Assembly (NCBI GenBank): GCA_021810105.1 | Contig: JAJZJM010000001.1 | Span: forward strand, 296,850 to 360,849 | Reading direction: 5' to 3' | From: Candidatus Micrarchaeota archaeon | GTDB taxonomy: Archaea > Micrarchaeota > Micrarchaeia > Micrarchaeales > Micrarchaeaceae | Length of the DNA: 64,000 bases | Shown here: positions 9,819 to 19,159 of the stretch, in pieces | Numbering within the stretch: position 1 is the stretch's first letter | Layout of the letters: each line of letters begins with the position of its first letter | The notes under the pieces: model-generated | Seen by the model: the letters and a program-made list of their open reading frames with translations, nothing else | The model's database searches: none | What the model was told of the DNA's origin: nothing | Program-made: the position numbers and the translations under genes

Positions 9819-11261
9819 ATGGTAGAAAAATCAATGCCTTCAGAAAAAAATCCGGATCAGACTGCATTATTAGATTCGGCAAGGAAAAAAATTAGTGATC
9901 TTTCTTCTGTAATAGGAGATAACTTTTTCCTTGGGTTGCCAGATGTAAAATTTAACAGATTACCGCCTGCTGTTGCCATCACAATTATTACAACACTCAC
10001 AGGTGGCAGCCAAATACTATTCGGTAATTATGGTAGAGGAAAAACCTCTCTTGCTGAGGATATTTCCTCTTTGATTTTCGGCGTACCTCTAAGCGTAGTT
10101 CAGCGCGCTGAAGCCCACGGCAGTGACCAAGCTGCGCCAGAAAGCTATATAGCGGTACCTGTAATGAAAGACCTTGATAGAATAAGATGGAAGCCACATG
10201 TGCTTCTGCCAGCACGTATATTTGATGAGTTTAACAGGCTGCCTGAAAGAGCGCAAGTACATTACTTAGACGGAGTAGGTAGAGGATATTATGAATATGG
10301 CGGCATACTTCTGAGAACTGATAAGGGACCGTTCTTCGGCACTGCCAACTGGCCGGATGGTGGTAATAACGAACTCATACCACCCATTAAAGACAGGATA
10401 GACAGCGCGGTTGTTGTAACAGGTGTCAATCCTGCCCAAGAGCTTGGGAAAGGTGCAAGGGAGTTTAATGAAGAGGATATCGATGATAAAGAGATATCTG
10501 ATCAGATGAATAGAGTGCTTAGCGATGTTACAGTAGGACCTGGCGAGTCGGTATCAGAAATGTATGCTTCTCTGAAAGAAAAGATGGAGGAATTATCTTC
10601 AAGATTCAGGGTGGTGCTTAGTAATAACCTAGGTTTGAAAGTTCCAAAACCCAACGAACTTGCTGCTGTACGCAAGGCAATGAAGGAGATGCCAGTATCC
10701 AAGGATGCGTTGGGATTCCGCTATTTTTTGAACTCTGAGTTTACATGCCCAAACTGCGGAGAAAAAACTCCAGAGCATACGAGTTGCTCAGAAACATGCC
10801 ACTACTTCTATGAAATTAGTAGTGGAAGTAAAAGTGCAAGTGATCAAGGCTACGCATTTTCTAACCTTACAACGCACGTATCCAGCAGGGTCACTGATCC
10901 TACTTCAGGAGCATTGCATACATATTCAGCCGCATATGCTTGGCTCATGGGAGATAGCGTAGTGGAGCCCAAGCATATTGCAGCTATTATGCCATATGTG
11001 CTTTGGCATAGGGTGAAATTCACAGAAAGATTTACAGCGGCGAATAGACCTACTACGAATGGCAGAAATCTAGAGCTCTACCTGTCAGAAGTACTGGCAG
11101 CCCAGATCCTGAGAAGATATGAAGATGCAAAGCCAGAGGTTATGAACGCGATTGACGCTTTAACGAAAGGAGATGGAAAGACATTGGAAAGACTTGTTAG
11201 GACTCATGATCATCCATCAATGTGGCATGCTAAAAACCTATATGATGCACTACGCGTATAA
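9819..11261 (+). CDS. MoxR-like AAA+ ATPase with Cys-rich insert
   Basis: Walker A GNYGRGKTS, Walker B FDEFNRLP, GTAN sensor, PPIKDR arginine finger; CPNC..H..C...CH insert. Confidence 0.8.
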   Translation: MVEKSMPSEKNPDQTALLDSARKKISDLSSVIGDNFFLGLPDVKFNRLPPAVAITIITTLTGGSQILFGNYGRGKTSLAEDISSLIFGVPLSVVQRAEAHGSDQAAPESYIAVPVMKDLDRIRWKPHVLLPARIFDEFNRLPERAQVHYLDGVGRGYYEYGGILLRTDKGPFFGTANWPDGGNNELIPPIKDRIDSAVVVTGVNPAQELGKGAREFNEEDIDDKEISDQMNRVLSDVTVGPGESVSEMYASLKEKMEELSSRFRVVLSNNLGLKVPKPNELAAVRKAMKEMPVSKDALGFRYFLNSEFTCPNCGEKTPEHTSCSETCHYFYEISSGSKSASDQGYAFSNLTTHVSSRVTDPTSGALHTYSAAYAWLMGDSVVEPKHIAAIMPYVLWHRVKFTERFTAANRPTTNGRNLELYLSEVLAAQILRRYEDAKPEVMNAIDALTKGDGKTLERLVRTHDHPSMWHAKNLYDALRV

Positions 11262-11323
11262 ATTTGATTTTGTGAAGGCTGAAGACTGCCACCGACCTAA
11301 AAACAATAATAAATAGAGATTAA

Positions 11324-11710
11324 ATGACCCAAATAGAAAAGCATCCAAGCGCCGAGACGCGCGTTGTGCCTGATGAAAGAAGCCGCTCTTTAATGAGACT
11401 TGAGAGAGTGTTGCATGAAGCGGAAGGAGAGACGCCCAGGGCATTGGTGAGGATGCCTGATGATGCAGTTAAGGAGACTGAGAGAGTTAAAGAATTGAGG
11501 GGGGCGTTGGAGAGGTTGAGTGAGGATAATGAGAGGTATACAGTTGCCGTGAGGAGTAGGAATGTTAGTGTGGAGATATTGGAGAGGTTGATTAGGGATG
11601 AGGATGTAGGTGTTAGGAGTGGAGTGGGAAGGGATGAAAATCTAAATCCCAGTAAGAAGAAAAAGGAAAAGCTTCTGTCGAGAGCTTGGAGATATTTTAG
11701 AAGGAAGTAG
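11324..11710 (+). CDS. Short, divergent paralog of the helical-repeat proteins
   Basis: Shares LERVLHEAEGE.PRALVRMPDDAVKETER and about 1.5 repeat modules with the array genes. Confidence 0.75.
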   Translation: MTQIEKHPSAETRVVPDERSRSLMRLERVLHEAEGETPRALVRMPDDAVKETERVKELRGALERLSEDNERYTVAVRSRNVSVEILERLIRDEDVGVRSGVGRDENLNPSKKKKEKLLSRAWRYFRRK

Positions 11711-11718
11711 AGGAGATA

Positions 11719-13323
11719 TTGATGAGTGATAAAAAGACTGTGATTAAGCGTGATGTTCCTCAGCACGCTAATCCAGAACCTTTATCATCTAAATTGTACG
11801 AAGCATGGACAGAGACGCTTAAAATTATGGGGAGTCCTCCACTTTTACTGCCGTGCTTCCAAACAGTAACAAGATCGCATACTTCAGAAATAGACATGAA
11901 AACGAAGCAGATATCTATAGACACAGGCTTCTTTGGAATGCTTCTCGGAAAGGGGCTAAGCGAGAAAGATGCCTTCCAGGCACTATGCATGCATGAGTTG
12001 GGCCACTATAGGTATCACCCTTACGATCTAGCCACCCTTCTGTTAGAATTGAATAGCCTAAAGTACAATGATGAAGGCAAATTCGGCGGACCAAACGCCA
12101 ATTCTATAAGGTTGTTATATGATGATTTCTGCGATAATCTGTGGCTGCTGCGTATGATTAAAGAGCCTAAGATAAACTTATTATACCGCACTATTGACCA
12201 GGATAATAAAATGCCTGCCATAGTGATAATGCGCGCATATCTTCAGTCTGTAAGCGGCGTAGATTTTGGTATTGAAGAGTCCAAACTTAGCGAGGAAATG
12301 CAGAAGAAGGTTGCTGCGCTAAGAAAAATCGATTTTTTCAGTAGGGAAGCGAACCTTGAAAATATTTCCAGATTCGCAAAGATAATGATGGATATCGCTG
12401 CAGAGGAAGAAGAGAATTTAGGAGGATGTGGCGGTATTGATATCAAAGACTTTGCTGAACAAGATGTAGAGCAAGCTATGCGTAAGATAGTAGACCAAGT
12501 GACAAAAGACGATTGGGAAGGTATCAAGAAATGGGTTGATGAGCAGAGCGGGAATATAGGTACGAAATTGAGAACCGATCGTGAAGAGAAAAAAATGAAA
12601 GCTTCTGTCGAATACTACAAGACAAAGGCATCGCTTTACCCGATAAGGATATTGGGAATGCGGTACGTAGTAGAGGGTACTTCAAAAGCAGGCATAGATA
12701 ATTTTAATACAGGAGATAGGATATCCAGCCTAAACCCATATAGAAGCTTTGGGATATTTATACCTGATTCAGGCATAACGAAGAAGAACGTGTATGCACC
12801 GTCCAAAAAATTCGTACCGAGCAAAAAAGTGCCGGATTCGATAATTGTGTTGGACTCTTCGGGCAGCATGCCAAACCCAATAACAGAGAATTCAAATGCC
12901 GTGCTAGGAGCCTTTGCTGTAGCAATGGCATACCTGAAAAACAAGGGCAACGTGGACGTGATAAATTTCTCTTCAGCGGCGAAGACCGTAAAGTATAGAG
13001 ATAGCGAGACAGTTTACAGGACACTGGTGGACTTTTTGGGGGGCGGCACAGACCCTCCTGTAAAGGAACTGACGGACCTGTTAAAGGAAAATAAAAAAGA
13101 TATCACTGTGATAACCGATGGCTTTGCCGGTGCAGATTCCAGCATGGTAAAACAGTTTATGCAGCTGCTAGATTCGGCAGGACAGACACATAGGGTGTCG
13201 TTAGTATATATAGGGAAAAATCCTCCGGAAGAGTTTACAAGTTATCGCAATATCAAGTTCCATGTTGTGACTAGGGAGACCGACATTGCTTCGATAGTAA
13301 TAGGCGATATCGAATGGCAATGA
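11719..13323 (+). CDS. N-terminal HEXXH metallopeptidase-like domain plus C-terminal vWA domain protein
   Basis: MHELGHY; MIDAS DSSGS, GGT, ITDG. Confidence 0.82.
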   Translation: MMSDKKTVIKRDVPQHANPEPLSSKLYEAWTETLKIMGSPPLLLPCFQTVTRSHTSEIDMKTKQISIDTGFFGMLLGKGLSEKDAFQALCMHELGHYRYHPYDLATLLLELNSLKYNDEGKFGGPNANSIRLLYDDFCDNLWLLRMIKEPKINLLYRTIDQDNKMPAIVIMRAYLQSVSGVDFGIEESKLSEEMQKKVAALRKIDFFSREANLENISRFAKIMMDIAAEEEENLGGCGGIDIKDFAEQDVEQAMRKIVDQVTKDDWEGIKKWVDEQSGNIGTKLRTDREEKKMKASVEYYKTKASLYPIRILGMRYVVEGTSKAGIDNFNTGDRISSLNPYRSFGIFIPDSGITKKNVYAPSKKFVPSKKVPDSIIVLDSSGSMPNPITENSNAVLGAFAVAMAYLKNKGNVDVINFSSAAKTVKYRDSETVYRTLVDFLGGGTDPPVKELTDLLKENKKDITVITDGFAGADSSMVKQFMQLLDSAGQTHRVSLVYIGKNPPEEFTSYRNIKFHVVTRETDIASIVIGDIEWQ

Positions 13324-14018
13324 AAGGGAAGCAAACTAAGCCTGAAATCGCTTTAAAGGGACTTAAGAGAGTGTTGCATGAAGCGGAAGGAGAGATACCC
13401 AGAGCATTGGTGAGGATGCCTGATGATGCAGTTAAGGAGACTGAGAGAATTGAGGAATCAATGAGAAGATTGGAGAGGTTGAGTTGGAGTGAGAAGTTTA
13501 CGATGGCGATAGACCCAAAAACAGACGGATATATGCTTGATGCGCTTAGTAGGGATGAGGATGCGTATGTTAGGAGTGGAGTGGCAGTGAGTGAGAATGT
13601 TAGTGTGGAGATATTGGAGAGGTTGAGTAGGGATGAGGATGCAGGTGTTAGAAGTGAGGTGGCGAGGAGTAGGAATGTTAGTGTGGAGATATTGGAGAGG
13701 TTAAGTAGGGATGAGGATGCGTATGTTAGGAGTTGGGTGGCAATGAATAGGAATATTAGTGTGGAGATATTGGAGAGGTTAAGTAGGGATGAGGATGCAG
13801 GTGTTAGAAGTGAGGTGGCGAGGAATAGGAATGTTAGTGTGGAGATATTGGAGAGGTTAAGTAGGGATGAGGATGCAGGTGTTAGGAGTGGAGTGGCAGG
13901 GAGTAGGAATGTTGGTGTGGAGATATTGGAGAGGTTGAAAAATGATTCTGACGAATATGTAAGGGATATGGCAATTAAGACTTTGGAAAAAATAAACAGA
14001 GGATCTGGAATAATGTGA
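13314..14018 (+). CDS. LRV/HEAT-like repeat protein 1 (5 modules of 26 aa)
   Basis: LSRDxDxxVRxxVAxxxNVSVEILER repeats with N- and C-caps. Confidence 0.88.
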   Translation: MAMKGKQTKPEIALKGLKRVLHEAEGEIPRALVRMPDDAVKETERIEESMRRLERLSWSEKFTMAIDPKTDGYMLDALSRDEDAYVRSGVAVSENVSVEILERLSRDEDAGVRSEVARSRNVSVEILERLSRDEDAYVRSWVAMNRNISVEILERLSRDEDAGVRSEVARNRNVSVEILERLSRDEDAGVRSGVAGSRNVGVEILERLKNDSDEYVRDMAIKTLEKINRGSGIM

Positions 14019-14024
14019 TATCGA

Positions 14025-14729
14025 ATGGCAATGAAAGGGAAGCAAACTAAGCCTGAAATCGCTTTAAAGGGACTTAAGAGAGTGTTGCATGAAGCGGAAG
14101 GAGAGATACCCAGAGCATTGATGAGGATGCCTGATGATGCAGTTAAGGAGACTGAGAGAATTGAGGAATCAATGAGAAGATTGGAGAGGTCGAGTAGGAA
14201 TGAAAAGTTTACGATGGCCATAGACCCAAAAACAGACGGATATATGCTTGATATGCTTAGTAGGGATAAGGATGTAGTTGTTAGGTGTAATGTGGCGGGG
14301 AATAGGAATGTTAGTGTGGAGATATTGAAGAGGTTGAGTAGGGATAAGGATGTAGTTGTTAGGTGTAATGTGGCGAGGAGTGAGAATGTTAGTGTGGAGA
14401 TATTGGAGAAGTTGAGTAGGGATAAGGATGTAGTTGTTAGGTGTAATGTGGCGAGGAGTAGGAATGTTAGTGTGGAGATATTGGAGAAGTTGAGTAGGGA
14501 TAAGGATGTAAGTATCAGGTATAATGTGGCAATGAATTGGAATGTTAGTGTGGAGATATTGGAGAGGTTGAGTAGGGATAAGGATGTAGGTATCAGGTAT
14601 AATGTGGCAATGAATTGGAATGTTAGTGTGGAGATATTGGAGAGGTTGAAAAATGATTCTGACAAATATGTAAGAGATATGGCAATTAAGACTTTGGAAA
14701 AAATACAAGGAGAATCTGGAATAATGTGA
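14025..14729 (+). CDS. LRV/HEAT-like repeat protein 2 (5 modules)
   Basis: Same architecture. Confidence 0.88.
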   Translation: MAMKGKQTKPEIALKGLKRVLHEAEGEIPRALMRMPDDAVKETERIEESMRRLERSSRNEKFTMAIDPKTDGYMLDMLSRDKDVVVRCNVAGNRNVSVEILKRLSRDKDVVVRCNVARSENVSVEILEKLSRDKDVVVRCNVARSRNVSVEILEKLSRDKDVSIRYNVAMNWNVSVEILERLSRDKDVGIRYNVAMNWNVSVEILERLKNDSDKYVRDMAIKTLEKIQGESGIM

Positions 14730-14735
14730 TATTGA

Positions 14736-15206
14736 ATGGCAGTGAAAAGGAAGCAAACTAGGCCTGAAATCGCTTTAAGGAGACTTGAGAGAGTGTTGCA
14801 TGAAGCGGAAGGAGAGATGCCCAGAGCATTGGTGAGGATGCCTGATGATGCAGTTAAGGAGACTGAGAGAATTGAGGAATCAATGAGAAGATTGGAGAGG
14901 CTGAGTTGGCGTGAGAAGTTTACGATGGCGATAGACCCAAAAACAGACAGATATATGCTTGATGCGCTTAGTAGGGATGAGGATGCGTATGTTAGGTTTT
15001 ATGTGATAGGGAATGAGAATGTTAGTGTGGAGATGTTGGAGAGGTTGAGTGAGGATAAAAAGGTACTTGTTAGGAGTGGAGTGGTGGGGAGTAGGAATGT
15101 TAGTGTGGAGATATTGGAGAGGTTGAAAAATGATTCTGACAAATATGTAAGAGATATGGCAATTAAGACTTTGGAAAAAATAAACAGAGGATCTGGAATA
15201 ATGTGA
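14736..15206 (+). CDS. LRV/HEAT-like repeat protein 3 (2 modules)
   Basis: Same architecture. Confidence 0.88.
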   Translation: MAVKRKQTRPEIALRRLERVLHEAEGEMPRALVRMPDDAVKETERIEESMRRLERLSWREKFTMAIDPKTDRYMLDALSRDEDAYVRFYVIGNENVSVEMLERLSEDKKVLVRSGVVGSRNVSVEILERLKNDSDKYVRDMAIKTLEKINRGSGIM

Positions 15207-15212
15207 TATTGA

Positions 15213-15683
15213 ATGGCAGTGAAAAGGAAGCAAACTAGGTCTGAAATCGCTTTAAGGAGACTTGAGAGAGTGTTGCATGAAGCGGAAGGAGAGATACCCA
15301 GAGCATTGGTGAGGATGCCTGATGATGCAGTTAAGGAGACTGAGAGAATTAAGAAATTGCGGATAAAATCGGAGAGGTTGAGTATGGATGATGAGCTTGA
15401 GATGGCTCTGGACCCGAAAACAGATAAGGATATCCTTGATGTGCTTAGTAGGAATAAGGATGTGAGTATTAGGTGTGGGGTGGCAAGGAGTGAGAATGTT
15501 AGTGCGGAGACATTGGAGAGGTTGAGTAGGGATAAGAATGCGTATGTTAGGAGTTGGGTGGCAAGGAATAGGAATGTTAGTGTGGAGATATTGGAGAGGT
15601 TGAAAAATGATTCTGACAAATATGTAAGAGATATGGCAATTAAGACTTTGGAAAAAATAAACAGAGGATCTGGAATAATGTGA
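15213..15683 (+). CDS. LRV/HEAT-like repeat protein 4 (2 modules, divergent N-cap)
   Basis: Same architecture. Confidence 0.88.
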   Translation: MAVKRKQTRSEIALRRLERVLHEAEGEIPRALVRMPDDAVKETERIKKLRIKSERLSMDDELEMALDPKTDKDILDVLSRNKDVSIRCGVARSENVSAETLERLSRDKNAYVRSWVARNRNVSVEILERLKNDSDKYVRDMAIKTLEKINRGSGIM

Positions 15684-15689
15684 TATCGA

Positions 15690-16472
15690 ATGGCAGTGAA
15701 AAGGAAGCAAACTAGGCCTGAAATCGCTTTAAGGAGACTTGAGAGAGTGTTGCATGAAGCGGAAGGAGAGATGCCCAGAGCATTGGTGAGGATGCCTGAT
15801 GATGCAGTTAAGGAGACTGAGAGAATTGAGGAATCAATGAGAAGATTGGAGAGGCTGAGTTGGCGTGAGAAGTTTACGATGGCGAGAGACCCAAAAACAG
15901 ACGGATATATGCTTGATATGCTTAGTAGGGATAAGGATGTAGTTGTTAGGTGTAATGTGGCGAGGAATAGGAATGTTAGTGTGGAGATATTGGAGAGGTT
16001 GAGTAGAGATAAGGATGCGGGTGTTAGGTATAATGTGGCGGGGAGTAGGAATGTTAGTGTGGAGATATTGGAGAGGTTGAGTAGGGATGAGGATGCGAGT
16101 GTTAGGTATAATGTGGCAATGAATTGGAATGTTAGTGTGGAGATATTGGAGAGGTTGAGTAGAGATAAGGATGCGGGTGTTAGGTATAATGTGGCGGGGA
16201 GTAGGAATGTTAGTGTGGAGATATTGGAGAGGTTGAGTAGGGATAAGGATGTACTTGTTAGGAGTGGAGTGGCAGGGAATGAGAATGTTAGTTTGGAGAT
16301 ATTGGAGAGGTTGAGTAGAGATAAGGATGCGGGTGTTAGGTATAATGTGGCGGGGAGTAGGAATGCTAGTGTGGAGATATTGGAGAGGTTGAAAAATGAT
16401 TCTGACAAATATGTAAGAGATATGGCAATTAAGACTTTGGAAAAAATAAACAGAGGATCTGAAATAATGTGA
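15690..16472 (+). CDS. LRV/HEAT-like repeat protein 5 (6 modules)
   Basis: Same architecture. Confidence 0.88.
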   Translation: MAVKRKQTRPEIALRRLERVLHEAEGEMPRALVRMPDDAVKETERIEESMRRLERLSWREKFTMARDPKTDGYMLDMLSRDKDVVVRCNVARNRNVSVEILERLSRDKDAGVRYNVAGSRNVSVEILERLSRDEDASVRYNVAMNWNVSVEILERLSRDKDAGVRYNVAGSRNVSVEILERLSRDKDVLVRSGVAGNENVSLEILERLSRDKDAGVRYNVAGSRNASVEILERLKNDSDKYVRDMAIKTLEKINRGSEIM

Positions 16473-16478
16473 TATCGA

Positions 16479-17177
16479 ATGGCAGTGAAAAGGAAGCAAA
16501 ATAGGCCTGAAATCGCTTTAAGGAGACTTGAGAGAGTGTTGCATGAAGCGGAAGGAGAGATACCCAGAGCATTGGTGAGGATGCCTGATGATGCAGTTAA
16601 GGAGACTGAGAGAATTGAGGAATCAATGAGAAGATTGGAGAGGTTGAGTTGGAGTGAGAAGTTTACGATGGCGATAGACCCAAAAACAGACGGATATATG
16701 CTTGATATTCTTAGTAGGGATGAGGATGTAGGTGTTAGAAGTGAGGTGGCGAGGAATAGGAATGTTAGTGTGGAGATATTGGAGAGGTTAAGTAGGGATG
16801 AGGATGCAGGTGTTAGGAGTGGGGTGGTGGGAAATAGGAATATTAGTGTGGAGATATTGGAGAGGTTAAGTAGGGATGAGGATGCAGGTGTTAGGAGTGG
16901 GGTGGTAGGGAATGAGAATGTTAGTGTGGAGATGTTGGAGAGGTTGAGTAGAGATAAGGATGCGTATGTTAGGAGAGAGGTTGCATGGAATAGGAATGTT
17001 AGTGTGGAGATATTGGAGAGGTTGAGTAGGGATGAGGATGCGGGTGTTAGGAGAGAGGTGGCAAGGAGTGAGAATGTTAGTGTAGAAATATTGGAGAGGT
17101 TGAAAAATGATTCTGACAAATATGTAAGAAATATTGCAATTAAGACCCTGAAGAAGTTAAAAAGATCTAATTGCTGA
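16479..17177 (+). CDS. LRV/HEAT-like repeat protein 6 (5 modules, distinct C-terminus)
   Basis: Same architecture; ends LKKLKRSNC. Confidence 0.88.
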   Translation: MAVKRKQNRPEIALRRLERVLHEAEGEIPRALVRMPDDAVKETERIEESMRRLERLSWSEKFTMAIDPKTDGYMLDILSRDEDVGVRSEVARNRNVSVEILERLSRDEDAGVRSGVVGNRNISVEILERLSRDEDAGVRSGVVGNENVSVEMLERLSRDKDAYVRREVAWNRNVSVEILERLSRDEDAGVRREVARSENVSVEILERLKNDSDKYVRNIAIKTLKKLKRSNC

Positions 17178-17424
17178 TGCAATCAGAAGGCTTTGGATAT
17201 GATGTTACATGTGATTACACCTTGCGAAGAATGTTAGGATAACACCACTGCAACGCATTCTACACGAGGAAGTATTCAATGGTGTGGGAGATAGTATAGG
17301 TTTAAATATTTTTATGCTGATATTATGACGGCTATGTGCATTATCGATTACCTATATTTTGGCTCGTTATAAAATAGGACTTTGTATATGGCGTACTTAT
17401 ATTTGGAATAAATGGTGAATTATC

Positions 17425-19083
17425 ATGGCAGAAAATCAATTAGGCGGACAGCAGGTATTATTGCTACCGGAAGGATCTTCAAGAATATTGGGGAGAGATG
17501 CACAGCGCACCAACATTGCAGTGGCAGTTGCCGTGGCAAACGCTGTCAAAACAACACTTGGCCCTAAGGGAATGGACAAGATGCTTGTCAGCGAGCTTGG
17601 AGACATAATAATAACAAATGACGGCGCAACAATCCTGGATGAGATGAATGTTGAGCACCCAGTTGCAAAGATAATGGTAGATATAGCGAAAACGCAGGAT
17701 AAGGAAGTGGGAGACGGAACTACCAGTGTAGTGATAATGGCTGGAGAGCTGCTAAAAGGGGCTGGAGAGCTGATAGAGCAGGGAATACATCCTACAACTA
17801 TAATACGCGGCTACAAGATGGCTGCTGAAAATGCCACACAAATACTTGAAAATGTTGCAAGGAAAGTAGATATGAACGATGATGCAATACTACAAAAAAT
17901 TGCACAGGTATCTATGGGGTCCAAGAACGTAGGTGACGACAATACAAAGGCCCAGCTTGGAAAAATAGTAATAAAGGCCGTAAGGCAGGTAATAGATAAG
18001 GATGCTTCAGGAAAATCCGTAATAGACCATGACTTCATAAAAGTAGAGAAGAAGGCTGGAGGAGCAATAAGCGATACAAACCTCATAAACGGGGTTCTTG
18101 TAGACAAAGAGATAGCGCATCCAGGTATGCCTAGAAGCATATCAAATGCAAAGATAGCCCTTCTTGATGTTGCTCTAGAGATAGAGAAGACAGAAACGGA
18201 TGCAAAGATAGAAATAACATCTCCTGAACAGATGCAGGCATTCCTGCAGCAGGAAGAGCGCATGCTTAAGGACATGGTAAAAAAGATAGAGGCAAGCAAG
18301 GCAAACACTCTCTTTACCCAGAAAGGCATAGATGATGTGGCGCAGCACTATCTTTCAAAGGCTGGCATACTTGCAGTCAGAAGGGTGAAGAAGAGCGATA
18401 TGGAAAAGCTGTCAAGAGCAACTGGCGCAAAGATAGTAACAAGCCTTGACGACCTTAGAGAGCCAGACCTTGGAAAAGCAGGGCTAGTCGAAGAGAGGAA
18501 AATAAGCGGGGAGCGCATGGTATTCGTAGAGGGATGCAAGGACCCGAAAAGCGTTACCATATTCGTTAGGGGCGGCAACCAGCAAGTGGTTGACGAAGTA
18601 GAGCGTTCCATAACTGACGTGATAGGTGCTATATCCAGTGTAATGATAGATGGTAAATACGTGATAGGAGGAGGCAGCGTAGAAATAGACATAGCAAATG
18701 GCCTCAGGGCATACTCCAGCAACGTAGGAGGACGTGAACAGCTTGCAATACAGAAGTTTGCTGATGCTGTTGAAATAGTGCCAAGGACTCTTGCTGAGAG
18801 CGCTGGAATGGATGCCATAGACACGCTTGTTCAGCTAAGAAGCATGCACAAAGGAAAGAGCGGAGGCGTAGAAGGCGTTGACATAAGCAAGAACAGCGTT
18901 AGCGACATGCTGAAGAGGGGAGTATTCGAGCCACTCAAGGTAAAGCAGCAGGCAATATACAGCGCAAGCGAAGCCGCAGAAATAATATTGAGGATAGATG
19001 ATATAATAAGCTCGAAGGGTAGATCCCCTTCAGGTGGAGGGCCTGGAGGAATGGGAGGAGGCCCTGGAGGAATGGAAGACTGA
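17425..19083 (+). CDS. thsA: Thermosome subunit (group II chaperonin)
   Basis: [27 protein letters not shown]-type tail. Confidence 0.97.
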   Translation: MAENQLGGQQVLLLPEGSSRILGRDAQRTNIAVAVAVANAVKTTLGPKGMDKMLVSELGDIIITNDGATILDEMNVEHPVAKIMVDIAKTQDKEVGDGTTSVVIMAGELLKGAGELIEQGIHPTTIIRGYKMAAENATQILENVARKVDMNDDAILQKIAQVSMGSKNVGDDNTKAQLGKIVIKAVRQVIDKDASGKSVIDHDFIKVEKKAGGAISDTNLINGVLVDKEIAHPGMPRSISNAKIALLDVALEIEKTETDAKIEITSPEQMQAFLQQEERMLKDMVKKIEASKANTLFTQKGIDDVAQHYLSKAGILAVRRVKKSDMEKLSRATGAKIVTSLDDLREPDLGKAGLVEERKISGERMVFVEGCKDPKSVTIFVRGGNQQVVDEVERSITDVIGAISSVMIDGKYVIGGGSVEIDIANGLRAYSSNVGGREQLAIQKFADAVEIVPRTLAESAGMDAIDTLVQLRSMHKGKSGGVEGVDISKNSVSDMLKRGVFEPLKVKQQAIYSASEAAEIILRIDDIISSKGRSPSGGGPGGMGGGPGGMED

Positions 19084-19159
19084 TTACCGCATAAAATATA
19101 GAGCTTGTTCTGATTGTGCCGCGCCTGAGAGGGACGAGTCAGCAGCAACATATTAAAAT

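Larger units (their letters stand above)
13306..17177 (+). repeat. Tandem array of six gene-sized units (711, 711, 477, 477, 789, ~700 bp) containing 25 copies of a 78-bp module
   Basis: ATG-to-ATG spacings differ by exact multiples of 78 bp; constant junction TGATAT(C/T)GAATGGCA. Confidence 0.95.

Noticed and set aside
13546..17100. CRISPR-like periodicity (constant AATGTTAGTGTGGAGATATTGGAGAGG plus variable part)
   Set aside because: The period is an in-frame 78 bp, the variable parts are homologous to each other, and no cas genes are present. These are coding repeats.
9819..17177. Complete DGR or integrative element
   Set aside because: No reverse transcriptase, template repeat, integrase or att repeats are visible in the window.
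13271..17182. Long antisense ORFs (464, 727, 195, 221 aa) over the repeat array
   Set aside because: They are shadows of the periodic, compositionally skewed repeats. The plus-strand genes have coherent starts, stops and coupling.
19084..19159. GC-rich spacer after the thermosome gene as a ribozyme or ncRNA
   Set aside because: Only a weak CTGATT/AGTCAG pairing; no complete hammerhead or C/D motif.
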